Shown here: piece by piece, positions 11,001-26,000 of the stretch
Numbering within the stretch: the stretch's first letter is position 1
Layout: each line of letters opens with the position of its first letter
Assembly: GCA_034780895.1 (NCBI GenBank)
Contig: JAUZTB010000087.1
Coordinates: forward strand, 44,753,795-44,817,794
Length of the DNA: 64,000 bases
Source of the DNA: Rhynchobatus australiae
Lineage: Eukaryota
Direction of reading: 5' to 3'
The notes under the pieces: generated by a model
Told to the model about the DNA's origin: nothing
The model's input: the letters and a program-made list of their open reading frames with translations, nothing else
Databases searched by the model: none
Translations under genes and position numbers: made by a program

Positions 11001-14000
11001 AATGTGGGGGAAAAAAATGTGATTGTTCACAGAATGGAGAAGTGGTGTTTTTTGTTAAATGAGATTATATGATGTTGGGCAGTCAAAAGGACCCAGCTGT
11101 CCTTGTACACAAGCCACAACACCGAAATTTAGGTGTGGCAAGCGATTAGGAAGGTAAATGTTATGTGGATCTTTAAGAGATGATTCCTCAGTGCAGTTAA
11201 ATAGGGCTTTGAGACTGCAGCTGGTGTGTTGAGGTTAGTTTTTGTCTCCTTGGTATGCATCAAAGATCCACTAGGCTGGTTGCTGGAATGGCACGTATGC
11301 CATATGAATGAGTAAAACTGGCCTGCATTCTTTAGAATTGAGAAGAATAAAATATCTCATTGAAATTTAAATTCTTACAGGGTTCACCAAACTCTATGCA
11401 GGGTGATGTTTCCCTGGCTGAGGAGCCTTGAGCCAGGGAGTCCTAGTCTCAATGGTAGGCCATTTAGGACTGAGAAGTTGCTTCAAAAGGTAGCGAATGT
11501 TTTGGATTTCTTTACCCCCGAGAGATATGGAGGCTCGGTCATGGAGTTCATTCAAAGCAGAATCAATTAATTTATGAATATTGAGGGATGTGGGGATAGT
11601 GTAGGAAAATGATGTTGCAGTATATCAGCCCTGATCTTGTTGAATGGCAAAGCGTACTCAAAAGGACCAGATTTACTCCCTGTAATTATTCTCATGTAGA
11701 AGTGTAACAGGAATTTGCAGTGGGAATAATATGAATGCATTTTGCCAGAAGAATAATACCTCTGAACATAAGAGCAGGAGTAGGTCAGTCAGCCCCTTGA
11801 GCCTGCCCTGCCATTCAAAATTATGGCTGATCTGCCCCAAGCCTTGACCTTCCGGTTCCCCGTTGCTTCAATTCCCCAATCTTTCAAAAATTATTTATTC
11901 CTTTTTTAAATGTCCCCAATGATCCATCCTCTACAACCATCCCTGGTAGAAAATTAGAGATTTGCCACCCTGTGAGTGGTGGCTTCATATGAGAGGTGGT
12001 GGACTGTGATCTGACAAATAGGCCTGAACAAGAAAGATCTTGATTTTGTAGCAGGAGGTAGTGAGAGTGGTAGCACAGAAATAGAATGGATGTCATCAAG
12101 GATCACATCACTTGCTCAAAGCTATGGTGGAGGAATTAGATGAGCTTTTGTGCTGATGTTGTCAGTTTAAGGAAGACTGAGAAAGGGCTGGTCTCTGGTG
12201 TAAAGATTGGGAAAAGATGTACTTCAGATAGCAGTGAGACGATTTGTACTTTGAAAAGACCATGACTGGAGAGGTTATTTGAAGACATTTGTCTGGAGCA
12301 TGAAGTTGGAAGCAAATCATTTTGTGTGTCACTCCAAATTATATACCAGCAAGCTGACTTTGCATGCACATCCAAATAGATTTTGGTCAGTACACTCAGT
12401 TACTGAGCTCTAAGGAATTCAACAGCAGAGCACAAACTTGCTGAGGTTTTCAGCAAGAGAGTCTGTTCACAGACCTTGCACCCCCTTGGTTCCTCCCAGA
12501 TGNNNNNNNNNNNNNNNNNNNNNNNNNNNNNNNNNNNNNNNNNNNNNNNNNNNNNNNNNNNNNNNNNNNNNNNNNNNNNNNNNNNNNNNNNNNNNNNNNN
12601 NNAATCTTCCCCTACAGATGTGTATACAGTTACTAATTGTTATGGCATATTTTAGTTTTGCATTCAGGGATTTTTCTTAAATTCTGCATTAAGTCTACTC
12701 TATTATTAGTCCTCTACTTTCAGAACTTTGTACAACAATGGCAGTAAAATTTTACTTGCACTTCCAAAAGGCATCCATTTGCATTGGAGAGAAGAAAGAC
12801 CAAAATCCTGTGAAATGTGCAACCTCAATTTGCATTTCCTCTTTTATGGAACCAGTTTCGGCTCAAAATGCAGCAGCTTTTTCAAGATGTTCTTGAACCA
12901 AGCAAGCTGTTTTGATTATAAACAAGTGTTTTAATCTAGATTTTAAATTTTGTATGCAAATACCAGTGTTTAGCTTTGTTCTCTATTTCCCAATCTCATT
13001 AAGAGCTTTTACATTTACATTATATGAAATGATGCCAACATTTCTTTCTTAAACAATTGAAAGAATAAGCTGTTTTGATAAAGAGCAAATGTATTAAAGA
13101 TTTTCTAATACATTGTACAAGGCAAGTTAGACAACCTCTCCCTCACTGTCAGCAAAACAAAATAGCTGGTCATTGACTTCAGGGATTGGGTGGAACACAT
13201 TCCTCTATGTATCAATAGCACAGGTGAAGGTGGTTGAGATCTTCAAGTTCCTAGGCATAAACATGATCAACCATGTAGATGCCATGGCACAGAAAGCACA
13301 CCAGTGCCTCTTTCCTCAAGGCAAAGGAAATTTGGCATGTTGCCAGCCTCTCCAACTTTTATAGATGTGACATGGAAAGCATCCTGTCTTGTTGTATCAC
13401 AGCTTGGTATGGCAACTGCTCTACTCCAGCTGGCAAGAAATTGCAGAGTTGTGGACATAGCTCAGTCCATGAAAACCAGCCTCCCCTCAATGGACCCCAA
13501 TCTTCCAATTAAACAACATTCACAAAGAATCTGGAAAAAAAAAACCCTCCCAACCCAACAACAGTTTCAACTTCTGAAGTGCTTCTGCTGTAGATAACGA
13601 AACATCTCAAGGCACTCCAAAGGGATACCATCAGTAAGCCATAAGGACATATTGAAGCAGATGATCAAAAAGTTAGTGAAAGTTTTTTAAGGAGACCTTC
13701 AAAGAAAAGGGAGGTGGGGAGGCTTGGAAAGAATTCCAAGAGCTGAGAACCTTGGGAATTGAAGGCACAGCTGCCAAGATTGAGTGGTTTTAAATTTTGA
13801 GGATTAAAGAGCTGGAGGCTCTGTCACTTCAGTGTTCTGATTGCCAGGCTTCACTAGCTGCAGAGCTTCTTCTGCACAGTAGTGTGCAGCTTTAATGGCA
13901 TCAGCTTGGCATCCAGATTCATGGAGAATATTAGAAATGGGAAGGAGTAAGATGGGACCTTGGGGTGGAATTTGTGGGAGGGGGAAGATGATTACTGTTG

Positions 14001-17000
14001 TGACTCCATTTTAAAATGTTAGTGGATGATGTACACTGCTTTTGCATGAGCCAAGTCTGTGGAAAATAGAATAATACATGCTGGTCACAACAAGGAAATG
14101 ATGTTTAACCAATTGCTGCTGCTTTTGAAGTAATGTGCTATAGATAGAGGAACTGGTGGATGTATCATAAATAGCCACAGGCATTTGATAAAATACTGTA
14201 TCAAATGTAATTGTAGAAGCTAAAATCTCATGGTGGAGGTGTATTGGCATAGGTAGAAAATTAGCAGGTTAACATGAAACAGTCAACGTGGATTTTTAAC
14301 TGGGATCAGTGCTGGGACTTCAATATGTCATTGTTATAAATAACTTGGGTGAAGGTCTTGTTGCTTAATTTGCTGATAAGTCAATGTGGGTAGAAAAGTA
14401 GCTTGTGAAGAAGGTACAAGGATGTAACAAAGTAGGTTAAGTAAATGGGCAAAAAGTTTATAAGGTTTAATGTGGAGAAAATGAAATTATCATTTTTGGC
14501 AGGGAAGATTTGTACAAAAGGCTTCTTACCTAAATCGTGAAAGACTGCAGTGGTCTGATGTAGTGAGACCTGTGTTTTCTTGTCATGATTTGCAAAAGGC
14601 TTGTATGCAGGTACAATGAGTAATTAGAGCTAACAAAATGTCAATGCTTTTGCAAAAAGGAATTGAATGCAAAAGTAGGGAGGTTGTTTTTGTATACAGT
14701 GCAATGATGAGACAGCATCTGAGTTACAGTATTTAAGGAAGGATATTAGTTTTGGAAGCACTTTGGGGGGGGGGGGGGAAGAGTTTTCTCAACTAGTAAA
14801 GGATTAAAAATATACAATGTCCTGTGGTACAGGCAGGGTAGATGTGGAAGGATGTTTTTTCCAGTTGGAGAACCTAGAACTAGGTTTCACTGTTTAAAAT
14901 GAGATGAGAATTTTTTTTGAGGGTCATGTGTCTTCAGAATTCCCTTAAAGGTAGAAGAAGCATCCATCATTAAGGCCCTCAAATCCAAGACATGTCCTCT
15001 TCATTATACTACCAGCAGGGAAGAGGTCTAGGAACCTGAAGACCCACACTCGATGCTTCAGGAACAGTTTTTGACCTCCACCATCAGATTTCTGAATGGT
15101 CCATGAACTCTATCTTGTTGTTCCTCTTGTGCACTATTTATTTACTTTTGTAACTTCTTGTCTTGCACTGTACTACTGCTGCAAACTAACATGTTTCATG
15201 ACCTATTAGTCATGATAAACCTGATTCTGAAACAGTGTCTTTGACTACTTCTAAAGTGGAGATAAGAGGATGAAAATCTATTGGTGGGAACAGGGCATGT
15301 AAAGATGAGATTGTAATTAGGTCAGGCATGATTATGTTAAATGGTGGATCAGATTCAAGGGGCCAATTGGCCTACTTGCTCGCTTCTGTGCATGTTCACA
15401 TGCTCCTGATTTGCATGGTATACAGATCCAAGCATGCTTATTAGAGTGGATTAAGATTCTCACGCATTCCTTGGTTCATTTTTATGTTCTTAGTGAGGAT
15501 TAGCTGTTTAATGCAAGCCAGTAATACTTTCAATCTTTTCTGATACTATTGCAACCTTCTGACAGGTAACATTCCACTGCCATAAATTTAGAATGTTCAC
15601 ACAGGGTACTGACATTGCTGTAAGTTCAGTTGGCATATTAAGTAGCATCAGTGGATTGCTGCAGAATAATGTATTTGTGTTGCTGTAAACTAATGCTTTA
15701 AAAGCTCCTCCAAAGCTATATTAAATTGCTGTTTTGTTTAGTAATATTTGAAGGAATGAACTGAATGTGTATAGATAATTTCCCCCAAGTTGTGCCATTT
15801 ATTCTGAGTTCTTTGCTCTCATTACCCTTTCCTGCAGAAGGAATTGCTTGACCTCTTAATGGTTACTTGTCACATATTTAGCTTGTTATGAATCACAGCC
15901 AGCAGAGTTTAGGAGTATTTTCACATGGAGGGAAATGATGCCCCTGTCCTGCTCTCATAATTCTATTTTGTTTCCACAGAGATCTGACCCACACCCATTG
16001 GCTCAATTCTTCTATGCAGATAGGGAGGTGACTCGAGTGATGATAGAGCTGAATAATGTGAACCTTCACAATGACCCCCAAGAGTATGTGTTGCAACTGA
16101 ACAACCTCCGGGCCAGACAGGTCAGTGAGTTGGACTTGGGAAGACAATTTCATGTTGTAGACCTAATCTGAACTTTAAGATATTCTGAAGTTGGGATGTA
16201 CATATTTAATAGTAGCTTGTATTAATCAATTCTGGAGTGGATCAAGTGAGATTTTTGCCAAGCTGTCTTATGATGCAAAGTTGCAATGCAAAATTGAAAC
16301 GCTGCTTAGAGCTGTATTCTTGAAAATCATGATGGGTGCTTTTCTAACAAACATTGGCCTCTATGTAGGATCACATGGTTTTTGTGCTGAGGCAATGTCA
16401 ATACAAAAACAAATATTAAAAACAAAGAAAGATGATGAATCTTTCTCCCTGTGTTTTTTCTTTTCTCCCCACCCCCACCTTGCTTTTCTGGTTCCATGTC
16501 TGATACAACCAAGCTATTTAAAGCATTGACATATGCAGTGGCATCCAACTAGTCACAACCTCTTTATTTCACTCCCTGCTGATCTGCTCCCTATCTCCCA
16601 AAAGTCCAATTGATTCTTTCACCCAACTTGTGGTGGTCCAGCTGACCCTAAGGGACCTGATTATCCCTTGAATGAAGCAAAACCCATGGCTTTCCTCATT
16701 TCCACATTGGCAGAGTAAGATAAAGGTATTTGAGGGTCTAAAACCTTCTCTGCACACTACAGTGTGTCCGGTGCCTTCTCTAGGCTGCCTATGTCTCAAA
16801 TGGTGAGATAGGGAGACTCTGAGCTTTGTCTAGGATTTGACATTTTGATCTTCCTGGTCAAAGGCTGTGCTAACACACCTGAAGGGATGGTGAATTTATC
16901 ATTCTCAATCTCAAAATTTGAGAGAGGGGTAAGTGGTCCAGATTTTCCAGTCTTTATTGATGAGAAAAAGCTGTACAGCAGAGCCTTGTACAGATCTTAA

Positions 17001-20000
17001 GTGCAAGACCCATTTCACACCCCCCCTCAAAGACACTTCAATGACAGTCATTGACTTGGAGCTTGACCTCTGAATATTAGATATGCAAGACACTGGATAG
17101 GTTGGGTGTGTTTTCTCTTGTGAAGATGGTTGAGGGATGACCTGATGAGATGTGTGTTAAATATATTAAAAAAAAAGTTGACAGTCAAAAACAAGAGGGC
17201 ATGATTTTAAGGTGAGGGAGGAGATTAAAAGGGGATCTGAGGAGTAAGTCTCTCGGAGAAGTTGATATCTAGTATGTGCTGCCAGAAGACATAATGGAAT
17301 TGGATACAAACAACATTTTAAGAGCCATTTAAACAGGCACTTCTAGGCAAGGCATTAAAATAGATGGACCTGGGGTGGGCAAGTGGGTTTGTATAGGTGG
17401 GCACAATGGTTGCTATTTCCATGGTCTCTGACATCTATGGTCTGTGTTAGCTGTGTGCAGCAGCCCAGCAGTTGATGGTTCTAGAGTTGAGGTGAAGTAG
17501 GTGGACGTTTGTCCTATTGATTAGCTCCATTCCAGCAGGAAACTTGTTGCGAGTGAGGTGTAGCGTTGTGATGAGAAATCTTGAAATGCTGGGGTGATGA
17601 CAAGTCCATTGTGGGTCTGTTGGTTAAAACAGCAATTTCTATGCCATCATACAGCCATGAAGGATGGAGACAAATTTGAGGGCAGGCAACTTAAAGGATA
17701 CTTCATTGCTTCTTTTATTGATAGTCAATCAAAGCTGTTGTGAATCAAGGATGGCCAAGTATATTGGTAGAGGCTGTTCTGAACACTTCCATTGGAATTG
17801 TTGCTCCATGAAGATAGTGTCTGTTGTGTAGAATCCTACTGCAATTTGGGGAGCAGCTCTTTGGCTACTAGGAAGAGGTGACTGAGGAGGTCTCTGGTGA
17901 CAAACATCCCTGTAGCAGATAGCAGTAAGACACCTCTGTTCCTGCAATTGGATATCCCTCTTATTTTCCTGCAGAGGGATAAAGTTGCAGCACTTCAACA
18001 AAAGAATTCAAAAATATGAGGAGTAGGCTACCCAGCCCCTCAAATCTGTCCTGCAATTCAATATGATTGAACATGACTGATCTATACTGGCCTCAACTCA
18101 TCTTCTGTACCAGTTTCCCTCATGACCCTCAATTCCTCCATCTTTCAAATACTTGTCCATCTCCACAACCCCTGACATGTCCCCCTCCCCCCAGGGTTGG
18201 GAGATGAGGCTGTGAATTTGTTTTCCCTCTGCCTAGTTTCAAAATTTTGGCAGGAGTACTATCTGCTCCTAAGGCTCCCTAGTTTCTCAGTGGAGCTGTA
18301 GCATCTTCACCTTGTCATTCTGGTGTGTAGGCAAAGTGGGACCAGATGGTATGGAGTTGAGGATTGAAGAGCAGTGTCACTGTTGGCCATCTTTTTTGTA
18401 CTCATCCAGTGGGTGCTGACAATTTTTTTTGCCCTTCTGATAACCTCCCCTCCATTCTTGGTTCTGTGGCATGGGACCTTGGGTGTTTGAGCCATAAATG
18501 TTGGTAGCACCAAAGAATATGTTGTGGTTATCAGCAATTTTTTTGAGTCTCTTGTTCCTTTTCCACCCACAATCATTCATTTGGTTGCTAGGATTCTGTT
18601 GGCCCTCAGCCTTTGTGNNNNNNNNNNNNNNNNNNNNNNNNNNNNNNNNNNNNNNNNNNNNNNNNNNNNNNNNNNNNNNNNNNNNNNNNNNNNNNNNNNN
18701 NNNNNNNNNNNNNNNNNCTTGTTCCTTTTCCACCCACAATCATTCTTTTGGTTGCTAGGTTTCTGTTGGCCCTCAGCCTTTGTGTTCCTGCAGAGCAATT
18801 TTATATTTTTCTCTTAATCCTGGTGGATTCCCAATCCAAGAATACCTTGCATTTTGTGGATATTAGCTCTTGAATCTCCTGGTCATGCAATGCACTTTTG
18901 TCAGTTATTCTTGACGGCCAGCCTAATTACAAATTAACTTCGGCAAAATGCTAGACTTCTTGTATATTGAAGTTAAAACTTTTTAATTGTGTAGTTTGTT
19001 TAATAGGGAGCAAGTTGTGCAACTAGTTATACAGCNNNNNNNNNNAATTGGCATTTTCTCTCAATGTGCTGTTGTCTCTCAATGTGCTGTTGTCTCTCCT
19101 TTTCAATCCCATCGTCATTAACTATAATTCCAGTTTCCAGGATTTTTCCAAATTGTAAGAGCACTCTTTTCCTGGTTGTTCTGAATCTTAATCTCACTCT
19201 TGCCTGTATGAAATTTTGAATTGCCATATGCGTTTCTTTTCATTCTTAAAAAGACAGTCAGAAGTTGATGCTGGATGCTAAATGAGGAAAAAGCTACAAG
19301 AAGTATTTGGTAAATCTACAAGTTCTGAATTTTTATTGGTGGATGGAAATTTTCCATTCCTAGTTCAGTATCAAATGATTAATCTCTTGATAAGAGACTG
19401 GCACAAGGACCTAATATCCCTGATAGTGCACATCAGAAATGGGACTGCTAAACTCAGTGTTTTGTTGTTTCTCCTCGATTCAACCATTGCTTTGGGTGCT
19501 GCTCTTCCAAATGCCACAACAATCAAAACCTTAACTGCCCAACCTTTGTGGGGAATTGTATTTGCAAACTGGTACTGCAGCATGAGGATCTTGCTGCATC
19601 TCAATGAAATTGCATATTTGTGGTGGTGTGCCCTTGTATCCTGTTTCATGTTTGTATCCAATAATTGAATACAATGAGACAAATAATTTCCCAATCCACA
19701 CTACATTTTAAAAGCAGTGGTTAAGTGCTCTTTGATCAAAGGACTAAATGTTGTCATCTCTACATCTTTATCAAAATTCAGACATTATTTGTTAATGTTC
19801 TCCCTTTTGTCTTATTAAATATCTTCCCAATGATTTATTGTTGGGTATCAGCTTTTGGTAGGGATACTTCAACTCCATTGTTTTCCAGATTTGAAGCCAA
19901 GTGACCATGCCAAAATGTGACCATGCAACTTGCACTGTTAACCTGACCTTGAGGGGCTACTACATAGGTGTGTTAAACTGTTAAAGCTAGTTCTTCAAGG

Positions 20001-23000
20001 TTCCTGGTTAATGGCTTTATTTTTTGGTTAATTACAATAATTGAAGGATAAGAGACCAAATATTTTAAGAACCACTGTAGCCAGATTAGTGGCTACACTT
20101 GCCAATGTAATATATTGGTATGAGAGGAAGCACTTTGGGTATCCTGAGCACTTGGCAGCTCAACAGAAAGCATTCCTGTATAGGGAAATCTACTATTGTT
20201 CAGATCTCAAATTGCTTAACTGGTTTTGGTCATCAAATTTTGAGCTTCCAAGCTGATGTGACTTACTACTGAGCATGTTTCAGTGAAACAGAACCATTCA
20301 CTATGCCTGCAGAAACTGGTTCTCCTCCAGAAATTATCAAGCAGAAGACTTCAATCTGTAGGGTATTTGCAATAGGATCCTAAACCTACACTTTAATCTT
20401 CTCTTTGCTTTTCAATCCTTCCTCTGATTATCCTACTTTGATTCTTAAAACTCAAGATTAGATCTGACACAACTGGATTAAACTTCAGGCATGGAGTCTT
20501 GATAATAGAAAAGTAAACTTTGGTAGGAAATGAGTGCTATAGTTTTCATGATGGGTTGAAGTTCAGCAAGAAAATCATTGCTTAGTTTGTTTTTGGTGGT
20601 TTATCTTGGTGGTTAGAATGGGGGGAGGCTATTTGCCCATTGGGTCCCTGCTAACTCTCGACAGAGCAGGCCCATAACCCCCTCCCCTGCAACGTGTTCT
20701 CTCTCACACCTATGTACATCCCTTTTTGCTTGTTTGGCCTTTTGTCTACAGTAGATGTTAACCCACAATAGCTAATTGTCCTAGTAACTTGCCTATGGGA
20801 TGAGGGAGGAAATCAGAGAAAGATGAAACTCCACATAATGGCCACAGCTGGGATTAAATGTAGGCCACCTGTGTATNNNNNNNNNNNNNNNNNNNNNNNN
20901 NNNNNNNNNNNNNNNNNNNNNNNNNNNNNNNNNNNNCCCCCAGGAGCAAGGACAAATAATTACAAGGTTGCAAAAGTTTTGGCAGGTGGATCTTCCTCAT
21001 TCTTAAGTATTCAACCACTCTGTAATCTTTTTAAACAAGTGGGGATTCTGATCCTTCAAGATACAAGTCTTTTAATGCATAATAAAAGCAGCACCCTACT
21101 GCTTGCTGCATGACATCTAGATCAGAGTTGATCACTCATCTTTCCAAAGCCTACAATGCTCCGCTCAACAGCTTGTGGTAAATTTAAAATTATTCTCTTA
21201 AATGCCACCCAATAAGGATGACTGAATTTTGCCAGTAAGCCCATTTCTACCTATGGGTATAAAGCATTCATTTGGCATCCTTAACTAGTGACAGAATTGT
21301 GTGGGGAGGAGAAAATGAGCCCAAAAAAAGACCTGCAAGATTTTAAGTGAGCATAGGCTTTCAGCATTTAGAGAATGAGCACTGAAGAAAATGTTGATCT
21401 TTCCACTTGGGTACCTATAGATTCTTCCTTAACACCCTGTATTGTAATGGTCGTGTAGAACGGGCAGCACAGTAGTGTAGCGGTCAGCATACACAAAATT
21501 TTGCAGATGCTGGAATCTGGAGCAATACACAAAGTGCTGGAAGAATTCAGCAGGTCAGGCAGCATCCATGGAGGGAAATAAACAGTTCTCATTTCGGGTT
21601 GAGACCTTTCATCAGGAAATGTTAGCTAATACTATTACAGTGCCAGTGACCCAGGTTCAATTCCTGCTGCTGTCTGTAAGGAGTTTGTTTTTCCTGTATC
21701 TGTGTGTTTCCTCCAGGTGCTTGGGTTTCCTCCCACATTCCAAAAACCTACAGGTTAGGAGTTGAGGGTGTGTTATGTTGGTGCCTCAAGAGTGGCAACA
21801 TTGCTGGGCTGTCCCCCAGCATATTCTTGTTAATACAAAAAGGCACATCACTGTATTTTGATGTACATGTGATTAATACATTTCTTGAGGGGGCATGCTG
21901 AACTATGAGAATCTTAAGTGTTGGTAAATGCATAACTTCTGAGTCACCATCTGTGGAACAGGAGGGCAGTCTGTTTTCAAGTCTGAAAATAGGTTTGCAT
22001 TTTGGACAAAGATAAAACTGTACTGTTTTTTTTTAAATGGGCCTGAGATTTTGTCACAGCAGGTCACGGTTGTGATAGGAGATAATTTTTATGTCTTAAA
22101 GGGTAATGGATTTCTGCTATTTGAAGAAGGCATATCATGCCCTTTGGCTCTTCTTGTCTGTTCCAACCATGATGCCAATTTAAACTAATCCCAGCTGCCT
22201 GTACGTGGTCTATATCCTTCTATGCCCCTGCCTGTTCATGTGCCTGTTTAAATGCCTCTTAATTATTGCTCTCATGTTTCCACCACTCTCCAGGCAGTGT
22301 TGCAGGCACCTACCATTCTGTTTATATTTTTAATAAAACTTTCCTCAGTTCTCCTTTGACACCTCCCCTTTTGCCTTAAAGCTCTGCCNNNNNNNNNNNN
22401 NNNNNNNNNNNNNNNNNNNNNNNNNNNNNNNNNNNNNNNNNNNNNNNNNNNNNNNNNNNNNNNNNNNNNNNNNNNNNNNNNNNNNNNNNNNNNNNNNNNN
22501 NNNNNNNNNNNNNNNNNNNNNNNNNNNNNNNNNNNNNNNNNNNNNNNNNNNNNNNNNNNNNNNNNNNNNNNNNNNNNNNNNNNNNNNNNNNNNNNNNNNN
22601 NNNNNNNNNNNNNNNNNNNNNNNNNNNNNNNNNNNNNNNNNNNNNNNNNNNNNNNNNNNNNNNNNNNNNNNNNNNNNNNNNNNNNNNNNNNNNNNNNNNN
22701 NNNNNNNNNNNNNNNNNATAAAGGCAAGTATGGTATAGCCTTTGTTTTAACCACTCTATTTTCTAGTAGTTCCATTGGCAATGCATATGTGGAGAACACA
22801 TTTATCATATTGAAAGTTTTATTATTTCTGAATGTCATAAAAATGGAATGTTGCAGTGTGGGATGACACATTAGAGATTAGGCTTGGATTACCTAAAGTG
22901 GAGTTGGGATTCCCTGCCCCATTCTCAATAAATCTTTCATCAATATGTAGATGATGCTTAATTTTCATTTTAATTTCAGGACCACTAATTTTCATTTTAA

Positions 23001-26000
23001 TTTCAGGACCACATGCTGCAGATAATTAATCAGATCATGGATGAATGTATCCCCAATGAGCGACCAAATCGAGAGTTCCAAGTCAAGTTCCCTGATGAGG
23101 TTTTGCAGGAACAGCTAGGAGTACATCTCTGGTTTGCTGCTGAGGTAGGCCTTGAGGAGGAGGAGACACCATGCATCCTAAAGCCACAATTTGATCATCT
23201 AACCTGGCATTTATCTGACTTCCTGAGGGGATGATGTAACATTTGGCCATCTTCCATGTAACAAGTTTTTTTTTGGTGTCATCTGGGGCTTTTCACAATT
23301 ATCTATGTTTAAGTCTGTCTCATTTGGGAGAAATAGTTGGTTTGATCTGGTTATCTGCATTAAAGCTCTTTGGAACCTAAACTAACTTTAAAAACAATGG
23401 CTATGCACTATGCACCAATGTATGTGAATAAGGTGTGCCTGGCAATCTCTTTGCAATTGTCAATTAAATACTATCTGTGAAGTAGTGAATGGGGGGTGGG
23501 GTGGGGAAGGAGAAGAGAACAACTTTAAAAGCCTCTATTTTAAAATGTAGAGGCTTGTTGCTTTCAAGAAGGTGAAGTTTGGTGACGTGCTGCATGAAGC
23601 TCCTGAAAGCAATCCCAAAAAAAACCCCAGATAAATGGAGCAATATAATCCAGTTAATCTGACCTATAACATTCCAGAATTCACTAGAGCGTTTGTTCAG
23701 TAACTGCTAATATTATCATTACTCGAGTCTATATATTGCCTTCTACTTTAATGAGTTGACATTGGGAAGTGGAGGTTTGTATTGGTTTGTGAAAGGAGAA
23801 CAAAGAATTTGTGTACTTTAATCAACAGTGTTTGATGGCCGGCTCCCTCATTGAAGTGCATGAATCTGAGATGTTTCTGTTGCGCCCTCTGGCGGAGGAA
23901 CTACTGCACAGTCTGGAGGAGGTGCGATCACTTCTCCGGGAACAGTGTTGCTCTGATTACACTGTCTATACAGATGATATTAAAGCATCTCTTGTTCGGT
24001 TTGACGGGCTCTTTGCTGAGTTTGAATTCAGGTAAGAGGAGCAAAAATAAAGGATGCACACGCTCAGGGCTTCAAATATTTGGAAAATTGCAGTTTAGAT
24101 TTCAAGGAAATTCAGCTAAGACAGAGGATTCTGTGTGACCAAGTTAACAATGGTTTGTACTGGTATTTCTGTAGGATTTTATACACTTCAGAGGGGTGCT
24201 AGAGGTGACTTTGTAGTAATTGTTTTTCTTTCAAAACCGAATAGCAACAACTGTTACCCATTCTCCTTAATGGGAGAGAAGCTGATCAATAACCTGTTTC
24301 CCCTGCTTTGTTTAACATGTGACTCTTGTCAAGATCAGTTTAAAAGTTCTGTCCAAGGTAAAATGCTACATTACTGATGAAACACAGCAATTAGAATTTA
24401 CTCCTGGAACAACTAGCAAAATCAGTACAAATTGCACCCAAAAAATTTGACTAAATTGGATTTTTTTAGCCTATTTTCAGTTTGAGCTCACTAAATTACA
24501 AATGCTGAATGCAAAATCTACTCCAAGGTAATCTGAGTTTTTAAAAAAAAAGTTTATCTGAGTGGTAGTTAAGTGCCAATGTATTTAAAACAGCTGAAAA
24601 TTACTGTATTAGTCATAAGTAAGGGTCTTTGATCTAAGCCAATTGCAGTTGCTCAACTTTAAAAGACCAAAAATTAATTCCTATATTAGTAAAATGCTGT
24701 TTATATTCAAAAGTATTGAAAGCATTTTGATTTGAGTTGTTTCCAAAAGTGTTTTTATCTTGAGTTTCCTTCAAGTCCTTCAAATGAATATGGGCAGAAG
24801 AAATGCACAATGGTGATGGGGCAGTAGGAAGCTGCAAGGTGACCTGTTCTGTGGGTTTGTAGTGCAATGGTTTGCAAACTCAAAGATGGCAGAAATCAGT
24901 TTGGCTGACTTGCAAAACTTGTAATCTTTTGAAAATGTATTTGGGCAGTTTAGACCAATTAAAATTGACAGACCATAATGGGTAGACATTTCTAGCTCTT
25001 TGGAAAGGCAAAATCAACAAAGATTGAAAACTCAGATTTAATATCTGGACACTGATCTGACAGGCAAACAAGCTGACTGAGAACTGTTAGGCATTGTACA
25101 GCGTGAAATAGAAGCCTACATATTTTGTGAGGGATGGAGGAATCTTTTATTGTCATTAATTTAGAATTAATAGTCTAAAGGAAAATGAATTTGGGGAAAT
25201 AAGATCTTTAAACAATTTTTTTTGCTTTTTATCCGGAATCTTCAACATGACACTTGAGAAATTGGATGCAACAGTTGCTTTTCAGTTTGAATCGCATTAT
25301 TAATTCATTTTTAGTGGGCAAACTTTATTTTGAGAGCAGAAAAAACTGCACTGCATAACCGACCATCAGTTCAGTTAGCTTATTATGTTTTGCATTGATT
25401 TGTATGGCATGGTTTACATAGCAAACCTGTTGCACTGCAACCAACCNNNNNNNNNNNNNNNNNNNNNNNNNNNNNNNNNNNNNNNNNNNNNNNNNNNNNN
25501 NNNNNNNNNNNNNNNNNNNNNNNNNNNNNNNNNNNNNNNNNNNNNNNNNNNNNNNNNNNNNNNNNNNNNNNNNNNNNNNNNNNNNNNNNNNNNNNNNNNN
25601 NNNNNNNNNNNNNNNNNNNNNNNNNNNNNNNNNNNNNNNNNNNNNNNNNNNNNNNNNNNNNNNNNNNNNNNNNNNNNNNNNNNTTCTTTAAGTGCCTACA
25701 GTTGAAATACTTTGTCCAGACTGTCCTGCTTAGTGTCTAGATGAAACTGTTGTCCCATCACCATGCTATTGACCTCCTGAGAATGGTGTTTGAGTGTCAA
25801 AAAATGGCTTGCTTTTCCATTAAACTAATGCAGGAGGTACACTGAAATGTTGGACTTGAATTGACCATTCTATTCTGCTTCTTGATGAATACTTTGTTTT
25901 CCACTTGGCCACAGGTGTAATGAAGATCTTGCATTCAAGGAGGACTGGGGAAAATTGGATGGGATAAACCCTCGTCATAGAGATGCACAGAAACAATTCT

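Noticed and set aside
19057-19098. 18-bp unit tctctcaatgtgctgttg repeated about 2.3 times
   Set aside because: Small intronic slippage duplication with no sign of function.
19282-19694. 128-aa and 107-aa overlapping ORFs in intron 2
   Set aside because: No recognisable homology and no convincing splice or promoter context. Consistent with chance ORFs.
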